Below, in pieces: positions 48,601 through 55,800 of a stretch of DNA of 64,000 nucleotides; the first letter of the stretch is position 1, and each line of letters begins with the position of its first letter. The DNA is taken from contig JBAXRK010000010.1 in the NCBI GenBank assembly GCA_037131245.1, forward strand, positions 3,397 to 67,396, read 5' to 3'. A model generated the notes under the pieces. It ran no database searches, was not told where the DNA came from, and worked only from the letters and a program-made list of their open reading frames with translations. The translations under genes were made by a program, and so were the position numbers. The stretch comes from Candidatus Omnitrophota bacterium. Lineage in GTDB: Bacteria; Omnitrophota; Gorgyraeia; Zapsychrales; Fredricksoniimonadaceae.

Positions 48601-51600
48601 GGGGGACAAAATAGCGCCCGTGCTCAATGTCGATATATTTGAGAAAGAGCTGCGGATGCGCCTTGATACGGTCGTCAAACCGGTGGAATTCCGGATATTC
48701 ATGAATTACGCGCCGTTCATCTCTTCCTGGAAACTGGATATTATTGATAAAGATACCAAGAAGCTGGTCAGGGAGTTCAACGGGTCGCGCTACAACATTA
48801 ACGATCCCGTCGTTTGGGATGGCCGCGATGCGACGGGCCGTTGTGTGCTGGCCGATCGTAAGTACGCGTATCTGGTAAAGGTTCAAGATGAAAAGGGCGT
48901 TTGGGATGAGACCCAGGAAAAAGATATCAATGTCCGTTCGCTGACCGACCTTGAATTTGAAGCCCTTTCCAAATTGACTGAAGAAGACAAAAAGAAAGAA
49001 GCCGAGGCCCGCCGTAAAGAATACCGCGCCTGGCAGATCGCTTCAACGGGAAGGGATATAACGGCGCATCGCAATATTTTTGTTAAAGGCGAGACCTTGA
49101 CTGTTGATCCGCAGGAAACCGATATCAGGCAGGTCAGGGTTCTCAAGAGCGGGGAGCTTTTTATCGAGTTGCCGGTGCTTGAGCGTCAGGCGCTTACGGC
49201 CCGGGGCTTGTTGAGCAGCGAGGCTCAGCCGGCGCCTCCGATGCAGATCATCCTGCCGGATGGTGATTATGAGCTGGAAGTGGTCAGTGCTGATGCTCCG
49301 GTCAAAGGGGCTTCCGCGCCTGATACGTCGGCACTAGCTTCGGCCTCGGGAGTGCCAGCCTTGGATGAACATGCCCCCGCGCCGGCATTGAAAGTGGCCC
49401 AATACCGTCGACCGGTCAAGGTCGGTGAGGACTATATGACCTTCGTCGCCCTGGGCGATAGCCAGGCCGGGTGGAATTTTAACCGGGGCAATATTGAGCC
49501 GGTCGCTTCCGTTGATCATTTCCAGCCTGGTTTTTATCAGGAAGGGAAGATGGCCTATTATTTGAAGGGCAAGATAAAAGGCCGCTACCTTTTGACGTCC
49601 AGTTTTGATAGCCAGCGCCAGCAAAAAGAGATGTTCCGCTCGATCAAGGACGATCAGTATTATCCGGTTTATGGGGATGCTTCGACCATCAATTATGACG
49701 CGACCAATACCCAGGGCAACCTTTATCTGATGCTGGAATGGGATAAGTCGCAGGCGATCTGGGGGAATTACGCTGTTGATTTCAAGGATACGGAGTTCGC
49801 CCGTTACAGTCGCACCCTGTATGGCGGCAAGCTTGATTACACCAGCGTGGCAACCAATGTTTATGGCGACCCAAGGACCCGCGTGGCAACGTTTCACGCC
49901 GAGGTGCGCCAGCGTTCGGCCCATAATGAATTTCTTGGGACCGGTGGTTCATTGTATTATTTGAAGCATCAAGGGGTTGTGGTCGGAACAGCCAAGATCC
50001 ACCTGGAGGTTCGTGATGCTGTTACCGGCCAGGTGCGCTCCACGACGGAAATGAAGGACGGCGTTGATTATGATATTGATAATAGCCAGGGCCGCATCCT
50101 GTTCTGGCAGCCGGTCGCGATGTCGGCGGATTCCGGCCGCATTATTTCAAACCAGTTGCTTAGCGGGGACCCGGTTTATGTGGTCGCGGACTACGAGTTT
50201 GAAGTGAAGGATAAAATGCTGGAAGCGACCGAAGGCGTCCGGGTGGCCCAAGCCGTGGGCCGGAACGTTGTCCTCGGTGGGACGTATGTCAGCGAAACGC
50301 AGCAGGGGGGGGATTATCAGTTGAAAGGCCAGGACGTGACGGTGCATGTGGGGCGTGACACGACGGTCAAGGCGGAATACGCCACGACGCAGTCGCAGGA
50401 CAGCGCCAGTTTTGTTTCCACCGATGGCGGCATCACGTTCAGTGAGCTTGGTGTCGGCAATCTTGCTTCTGGTAAAGCCTATGGCATTTCGCAGGATTCC
50501 CGGCTTTTTGACCGGCTGGGGCTCAAAAGTTATTATAAATGGATCGAGAATAATTTTGCGTCCGCTTCAACCTCTGCGCAGCAGGGCAAGGCGATGTCCG
50601 GCCTGGGGTTGACCTTTGATCTGACGCCGGTGACGCGCTTGACCGCCAGTCATGATGTGCAACGGTTGATCGAGCAGGGTAATTTGCAGACGGCGATGCA
50701 GGTAGGCGCCCAGGAAACCTCAACGACGGTCCTGCAATTGGTGCATGATGCCCGTCGCCTGCGGATAACGGGGGAATACCGGCATCAGCAGGTCACTTCG
50801 AAAGACGGGCGTTATATTTCGGAGAGCAATCAGGCACAGGATACGCTGGCCCTGCAGGCGGAATATGATCTCAATGAAAAAACAAAACTGACGTCGAAAT
50901 ATGAGGTTGACCCAACGGGAAAAGCTGCTGGTGCCGGACAGGTAACGACCGGCATTACCCGGCAGCTGACGGACCGGCTTTCCGCGACGGTGGCTGAATC
51001 GCTCGGGACGACAGGCCATGCCACCAAGGTCGGGGCGACGATGAACGTGACCCCCAAGATGGCGCTTTCCGCCGCTTATCAGCTCGCGCAGGTTTCCGGC
51101 GGCCCGTTGACCCGGACGAAGAGTGTTTCGTTGACGGGTAAGGAGCAGATCGGCGACAAGACGTCTATCCAGACCAACTACACGATCTCTCAGGATGATA
51201 CCGGTTCTACCCGGATGATCGTCGGCGTGAATGCCGGGTCGGAGGTCAAGCTTGACGATGCGGTCCTCAAAGCCGGGGTCAGGGTCCAGGCTGATGACAG
51301 GAATGTGTCATTGCTGAGTCAGGGGGCCGGCCTGGACGCGTCCAAAACGGATAAGCAGGGGCATACGACGAGCAGTTCGGTCAAGGTCGATGAGGTGCCT
51401 GCCGCCGGAAAAGTGACGACGGTCACGCTTGGAGATAAAGGGCCTCTCGCGCCTGGGAGGGACCTGGTCGCTGAGAAGACGTTCGCTTTTGGCCAGTCGG
51501 GGGAGGAACGGGGTAATACTTATAAAGTGGTCCAGGAGCGGGACGGGAAGAAACTGGAAACGGCCTACACGCGTAAGCTTTCGGATACACAGGCACAACG

Positions 51601-52834
51601 TTCGGCGTCGAATATTTTCGGCTTGACGGGGGATGTTAATGACCGGGTAGCCGCCAATGCGTCCCTTGAACAGGGGGTGGTCCAGAATATCGACGGGTCT
51701 TTATACCACCGCACCGCGATCTCCGGTGGCTTCGGTTATCTTGAGAAGGATGAGGAAGGCAAGGAGAAGCTCAGGAGCTCTTCCAAGGCTGAACTGCGCC
51801 TGGACCGCGGCGATCACGCTAAGCAGCAGTTTGTTTTGTATCAGGATGCTCAGGGTAAGGTTAATGACCAGACGACCCTTTCAGCCAAGCTTCAGTTCTC
51901 GCAGACCAAGGACAAGGATCTTAACAAGGTCGAGGCGCAGTATAAGGAGATCATTCTCGGGGCCGCGTATCGCCCGATCATGGATGACCGGCTGAACCTT
52001 TTCGCGAAATATACTTATAAGGAGAATCAGGGGCCGGCCGGCCAGTTGAACATCAGCGATGTTGAACAAACCAAGATGCAGGTTTTTTCCGCGGAAGGCG
52101 CTTACGACTTGAACGCTGACTGGCAGTTGGTGGAAAAAATGGCTTACCGGATGATGGAAGAGAAAGTGGCGGGGTTCGATTTTGCTAAAACACATACGTG
52201 GTTGCTGGTCAATCGTGCTAATTATCGTTTAGGGCAGGACTGGAAGGTGGGGGCGGAGTACCGAATATTGACTCAGCAGGAAGCACGCGATCGCAAGAGC
52301 GGATTCCTGGTGGAGGCCGTGCGCAGCATCAATGACAACGTTGAACTGGGAGTTGGGTATAATTTTACGGATTTCGTGGATGACCTGACGAATTTAAGTT
52401 ACACGGTGCAGGGGCCGTTCATCAGGATGAGCGGTAAGCTCTATGACCGCACTCCGGAGGAGCGTGCCCGTGCCCGGGAGAAGTGGCTGGATCGTCGCAT
52501 TGAGATCTATGCCTGGAAGATGGTCAATACCGAGTTCACCCGTAAGGACAGCCCGGTCGTTCTAGAAATGAATGCCTTGTACCGGATGGCGCAGGCCGCC
52601 AGCCAGCGCGGGCAGCTTGAAGAATCGCGGCGGCTTTACAAAGACGTGATCCTGGCGACCCAGTTGATGTACGAGGAAGCGGCTAATTTCGTGCGTCAGC
52701 ACATCAGTTTTGAAGAAAAGCTTTATAACGCCTCACTGCGTGCCAGGGAATATTATGACAAAGGCGAGCTTTGGGCGGCCAAGAAACTTTGGGAGAAAAT
52801 TGTGGAAGAAGCCGAACGCTCTATGTTACAATGA
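42686..52834 (+). CDS. Giant (3382-aa) surface/outer-membrane protein: four beta-helix-type modules, Ig-like, DUF11-like, SdrD-B-like and FlgD-Ig-like domains, a ~1000-aa beta-rich putative barrel, and a helical tail
   Basis: N-terminal signal anchor. Modules are marked by ISG(E/D)TSFY (near 43246, 44470, 45470 and 46555) and NW.F....L.WDGS...DW..P.NW.(I/L)G.VP (43541, 44771, 45769). DUF11-like VTKDVNKAEARIGDVVTYTVTV (~47825). GKVFWDLNENGRQD (~48235). WKLDIIDKDTKKLVREFNG...VVWDGRD (~48720). Alternating beta-strand pattern from 49400 to 52440, ending VELGVGYNFTDF. Confidence 0.85.
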   Translation: MPQRSFIKNFWRAAAYYVSFAGLFFLVAMTAWGAGISVPPNSQLKVNGGILHVELANNSGDVVNAGIIELDTGRIMLNGSWTTDGPSAYLLGGAGTVEFTAATGTQFITPGSNINDGFFDLIHSGAADLELISHAVSIDGSFSNLVGTFKTNGLNMAVGGNWHNVSFSSFISGSATVAFDGGDQVISGETSFYNFTKVLTAAGPRTLTFPAGLQQKVGRLLMLRGFNDVDNLSLRSSTDTVQAQLSLLTNGIQDINAVNVKDNNASGGVTLIARGLSSVNAGNNANWQFGAVAVKWDGSEDTDWNNPFNWNIGLVPGPQDTAIVRAVDEDNGSLPITHQPVLTVVSPVTGLAVVNHVGALKISSGATLTLDQHDMIVTGTFTNDGTLVISGDETLGAASISDDGTFMYYGVPGSKSTITLTKTFKIAGNYLTTFNNLTIHEQASGPFESDSFTTDAPLTVSQGFSLEVGGFTIGQDLTLFAHNALTATGGTFTIAGDVSVTGVMRVAGSALSMVSSASTLSSLLDMDLVSGTVDAELGNIRAKNINIAGGTLLAPGTGRSFAISGDFTHSAGTFTHKNGTVVLDGASDSAATDQVISGDTSFYDVVKQVPASAFPGQRLTFAAGTTVTVGDYLTLSGGVDAAHLLLIRSTTGVAGNLKLVVNAGQSISNVDVANNAATGLTLIGRNFSKSSGNTPNWKFVNGSLTWDGSQSADWNDQRNWDLGVVPIPNDSVVITNGVTVDFQPALSSDVTVGDLALFVPSANLILAGHNITVHNTITSSGTLSNEGTIYLRGTESVAIDAPDVDSGLFVYQGDNVSSVKSITSLGPNTFYNLKISDHNGNLSNFTLTTDMTLHGSLTVDGGTLTASGYSMDITGDVSLTGGTFIAPGTGKTLFVGGNFSHSSGLFTNSSGSVSFNGSSASVAKDQAISGDTTFYEFIKQVPIGAFPGQKLTLAHGSTQTVQSHLVLEGLTQVDPLFIRSDAGGSAANLQLSVGGLQTIRSVDVRDNTALAVTLVARASPDNAALNNTNWIFGAPELKWDGSASTDWGDPLNWDLGLVPVSGDGAVIRLVDPLTVPPNLTIINQPVLTSHSGAVSLQNLTLSSGTTLTLDGYGLTVSGALTNDGNIIAKGSEAMTIANADTLHGTFTYAGDDTVAGVLTLSPFGALPAVNFYHDLVITDAGLPNILRSPAQTGLHVFGNLTVSSGELDVSTGSDSLIVDGNMLISSGASLEAQGGAIDLQGSATVLGKLSAPGAGRLFTIGGSWSFDPAATLTVNNGRVTFDTSNATTLSGNTSFYDLAMLSNSAKAVFFQAGSVQTVAHGLNLQGGENGLMALRSTVDGNPWRLQLSYMTGDAIAVPNTVAGWVDVKDSVAAGPFVRPFYITAINSVDQQVGGHSSNSGWIIIKLFLIAPEDNRVVGIRPVVIGQTGASTAYTIRDLFGNIVASGTSDSRGYFRSALSADLALGTNQVTPYYENVPGLSSDVTVDAAPTTAQVPVITLPSPGKNLATDFPVMVGSAKPNTAVYAVANNNTIDLPLTLPLTSAAGSSTADAAGHYSFALTTQLKRGLNHISIVSDGVSSAINTYALSDLSGYLFDATTNNPIRKAKVKLYKLNASGQRVAVDLTDIPPTQPNPVLTVDDGIYDGFYDFRVINLDPTVKYVLDVEEPGYTFPTAMADNAQLPAGHSIVVGSRGEAITLADFIKQIDLPVDANQFLFKVTKDVNKAEARIGDVVTYTVTVESLSNQNTVLSTKLNDIIPPGFKFMEGRVHYGDGSPVEVSGNRPLLFKTGTFTARQIKVLKYQLVIGAGVAPGDYVNTAFMKYDNGSVISNRANETVKVVMDPLFDAGTVFGKVFWDLNENGRQDPPEYDLENRQEIIEGPVPNVHLVMEDGTSITADKNGQFHIPGLLAGRHVVMLDQRSLPKGAFLTTEKAPVIDVTPGMPIKLNFGVNMGNDQVVGEDVQFFDRNLKIEQSGDKIAPVLNVDIFEKELRMRLDTVVKPVEFRIFMNYAPFISSWKLDIIDKDTKKLVREFNGSRYNINDPVVWDGRDATGRCVLADRKYAYLVKVQDEKGVWDETQEKDINVRSLTDLEFEALSKLTEEDKKKEAEARRKEYRAWQIASTGRDITAHRNIFVKGETLTVDPQETDIRQVRVLKSGELFIELPVLERQALTARGLLSSEAQPAPPMQIILPDGDYELEVVSADAPVKGASAPDTSALASASGVPALDEHAPAPALKVAQYRRPVKVGEDYMTFVALGDSQAGWNFNRGNIEPVASVDHFQPGFYQEGKMAYYLKGKIKGRYLLTSSFDSQRQQKEMFRSIKDDQYYPVYGDASTINYDATNTQGNLYLMLEWDKSQAIWGNYAVDFKDTEFARYSRTLYGGKLDYTSVATNVYGDPRTRVATFHAEVRQRSAHNEFLGTGGSLYYLKHQGVVVGTAKIHLEVRDAVTGQVRSTTEMKDGVDYDIDNSQGRILFWQPVAMSADSGRIISNQLLSGDPVYVVADYEFEVKDKMLEATEGVRVAQAVGRNVVLGGTYVSETQQGGDYQLKGQDVTVHVGRDTTVKAEYATTQSQDSASFVSTDGGITFSELGVGNLASGKAYGISQDSRLFDRLGLKSYYKWIENNFASASTSAQQGKAMSGLGLTFDLTPVTRLTASHDVQRLIEQGNLQTAMQVGAQETSTTVLQLVHDARRLRITGEYRHQQVTSKDGRYISESNQAQDTLALQAEYDLNEKTKLTSKYEVDPTGKAAGAGQVTTGITRQLTDRLSATVAESLGTTGHATKVGATMNVTPKMALSAAYQLAQVSGGPLTRTKSVSLTGKEQIGDKTSIQTNYTISQDDTGSTRMIVGVNAGSEVKLDDAVLKAGVRVQADDRNVSLLSQGAGLDASKTDKQGHTTSSSVKVDEVPAAGKVTTVTLGDKGPLAPGRDLVAEKTFAFGQSGEERGNTYKVVQERDGKKLETAYTRKLSDTQAQRSASNIFGLTGDVNDRVAANASLEQGVVQNIDGSLYHRTAISGGFGYLEKDEEGKEKLRSSSKAELRLDRGDHAKQQFVLYQDAQGKVNDQTTLSAKLQFSQTKDKDLNKVEAQYKEIILGAAYRPIMDDRLNLFAKYTYKENQGPAGQLNISDVEQTKMQVFSAEGAYDLNADWQLVEKMAYRMMEEKVAGFDFAKTHTWLLVNRANYRLGQDWKVGAEYRILTQQEARDRKSGFLVEAVRSINDNVELGVGYNFTDFVDDLTNLSYTVQGPFIRMSGKLYDRTPEERARAREKWLDRRIEIYAWKMVNTEFTRKDSPVVLEMNALYRMAQAASQRGQLEESRRLYKDVILATQLMYEEAANFVRQHISFEEKLYNASLRAREYYDKGELWAAKKLWEKIVEEAERSMLQ

Positions 52835-52892
52835 CGTTAATTACCGGTATAAATTAATTAATATAACATTTCCGACGACAATCGACCCCTTG

Positions 52893-55800
52893 ATGAAGAA
52901 GATGCCTTTCCTTCTGCTGGTTTTGGCCCTGTTTTTCACGCTGCCTGCCAAGAGCCTTTTCGCCGACCCTGCCGCGCAGCAGGAGCCATCGGTTTTGGCT
53001 GAAGGGCAACCTTCTGTGCTCAAAGAGGATAAAGCCCAGGCGAATTACGTGTACGACCTCAAGATGCTGGTCGCCAAGTCGCGCGAGAATATCAAAAACG
53101 TTAATGAAAAGATCAAGAACCAGGCCGTTCTCAAGCGCAATCAGCAGCGCGAAGAGCGGGCCAGGGAGTATTTTCTTCAAGCGCAGAAATTGGCTGATGA
53201 GGGCCGTTTGGAAGAATCCCGTCAGATGTATGAGAAGGCCATTGCTATCACCGAACACCCGGAGATGAAATACTATATTAAGGAAAGCGAGCATCGCGCC
53301 AAGGCGCAGAAAGCTGCTCTTTCCCGGCAGGAAGGTGAACAGCAGCGCCGGTCCGAAGAGGAAGAGAAGACAGCTTTTGAACGTGTCGAGAGTATTTATC
53401 AGGGTGCCGTATCGCTCTATAAGCAACAGCGTTTTAAGGAAGCCCGCGCCGAGTTCCAGACGGTGGAAGAGGTATTCCCCGATTATAAAGCCGTCCGCAG
53501 TTATCTTCAGATCATTGAGCAGGACATTGTCCAATCAGAACGTCAGGCGATCAAGGCCCAGCAGAAAGAGATCGAGTCTCAGCAGAAAGAGAGCGAGATC
53601 GCCCGTTTGCGTGAGAAAGAGCTGTGGCGTAAAGAGGTTGACCGTAAGGAAGAAGATCGCCAGAAGCAGGTGCAGAAACAGGCCCAGGATGTTTACGACA
53701 CGGCCATCAGGCTATATCAGGACCGCAAGTACAAGGCGGCTAAAGAGAAATTTCAGGAAGTAGAGTGGGTCGTTCCTGATTTTAAGGCGACGCGTTCTTA
53801 TCTACAGCGGATCGATCGCGACCTTGAAGTCGACCAGGCCCGTGTTACCGAGGAGCGGGAGAAGGTTATTGAGAAGCAGCGTTGGGATGAGACCCTTGCC
53901 CAGAAAAGGGCCGAAGAGGACCGCAAGAAGGCCGAGGCAATGCGGGACCATCAGCAACTGGAGGGGAAGAAGGACCAGGCAGAGTTCATCTATCAGTCCG
54001 GCATCGCTTTGTTCGATAAGGGACAGCTGGATACCGCCCGCGAACGTTTTGATGAGGTGGAAGCCCTTTATCCGGATTACCGCTCGACCAGGGATTATCT
54101 CAAGCGTATCCATGAGAGCGTCAAGTCACAGATAAGCCGGGATGAGGAGCTTCGTCAATCCGCAGCTGAGAAAAAGATCCTTGAGGAAGAAAACGCCCAT
54201 CGCAAAGCGGATAAGGAGAAGTTCAAGCAACAGGCCGATGAGGCGGATGCTCTTTACACGCAGGCTTTTGACCTTTATAAAATTGGCCGTCTGGTCGAAG
54301 CGAAGGCGAAATTCCTCGAGGTCGATCAGCGCGTTCCCGATTATAAATCAGCGCGTTCCTATCTTAAACGTATTGATGATGATATCGCCGCGATGGTGTC
54401 CGCTAATCGTAAGGACGGCGATCTGGCGTCCCAGAAAGAACAGCTGGAGCGTTTGAAAGATTTGCGTGACCGGGCGGACCTGGTCTATAACGACGCTATC
54501 CTGGCGTACGACAACAAGGATTTTACGTCGGCCAGGGCGAAGTTCCAGGAAGTTGAAGGGATATATCCCAATTATAAAAAGGCGGTTTCCTACCTGTCTC
54601 GTATTGAGGACGATATCACGCAGCAGCAGAAGGACGAACAGCGTCGAGAGGTCGAAAAGAAAGTCGACGCTCTTTACGCGCAGGCGTTGGCATTGTATGA
54701 AAAAGAAGCATTTGAAGAAGCCAAGGCTAAATTCATTGATGTCGCTTCACTGATCCCGGATTATAAGCAGACCGCGTTTTATCTGGAGCGTATTGATGAT
54801 GATGTGATCCGTTCCAAGCAACGATCGATCGATACGCTGCAGCAGAGCCAGGCCGAGGCTCTTTATAATCAGGCCGTTTCATTGTATCAATCGGGGCAGT
54901 TCACGGAAGCCAAGGATAAGTATCTTCAGTTAGAGACGGTCATTTCGGGTTATAAAGATACGGCCAAGGTCTTTGCCAATATTGACGCCGACATTGACCG
55001 CAAGAAACAGCAGGACGAAGAGAGATCCAAGGCGGCCCGAGCGGAGGTTTTTTACCAGCAGGCCCTTGCTTTATATCAGGGGAAGGATTTTGCGGCGGCT
55101 AAAGATAAATTCGTTCAGACTGAGGTCGTTTACGCTGATTACAAGGATACGCCCAAGTATCTTTTATCGATCAACAGTGATATTAAAAAGCAGGCGGAAG
55201 ACCTTGATCTCAAGAAGAAGAATGATACCGCGGAACCACTCTACGCTCAGGCCTTGGCGTTGTATCGAGAACAGGATTTTGAAGCGGCCAAAAGAAAATT
55301 CCTTCAGGCCCAGATGGCGTGTCCCGGTTATAAAGAGACCGAGCGTTACCTGGCACGGGTTGATGAGGATATTCGGTTGGTGCAGGCTAGGCTTGCCAGG
55401 GAGGAAAAGCTTAGCAAAGTTGAAGCTATTTATGCTACGGCGATGGACCTGTATTCTTCATCCAAGTTTGTTGAAGCCAAAGCCAAGCTGCAGGAAGCTG
55501 CCGCGCTGGAAAGTAACTATCGCAATGTGAAGTCTTATCTTGCCCGGATCGATGATGATATCCGTCGCGAGCAGGCGAGGCAGGACCGGCTGGTGCAGGA
55601 GCAACAGGTCGAACGCCCCTATTCGGAGGCTGTTGCCTTGTATCACATGGGGAAATTTGAAGAAGCCAAGCCTAAATTCCAGCAGGTTGTCGCGATCCTG
55701 CCCGATTACAAGAAGGCCAAGTATTATTTTTCCAGGATCGACGAGAATATCCTGGCCCAAAAAAGGGAGGAAGACCGTAAGTCCCTGGAACGGGCGGAGA

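Noticed and set aside
47930-48886. 318-aa minus-strand ORF inside the giant gene, plus similar long antisense ORFs at 2781-3455, 37297-38016, 43517-44131, 49334-49924 and 52854-53534
   Set aside because: All lie antisense to ORFs with recognisable domains and have biased composition, so they are treated as shadow ORFs.
52710-52892. Track start of the 2025-aa ORF, overlapping the end of the giant gene by 125 nt
   Set aside because: The upstream 61 codons have no signal peptide and overlap a well-supported gene. The Met at 52893 begins a classical signal peptide (MKKMPFLLLVLALFF).
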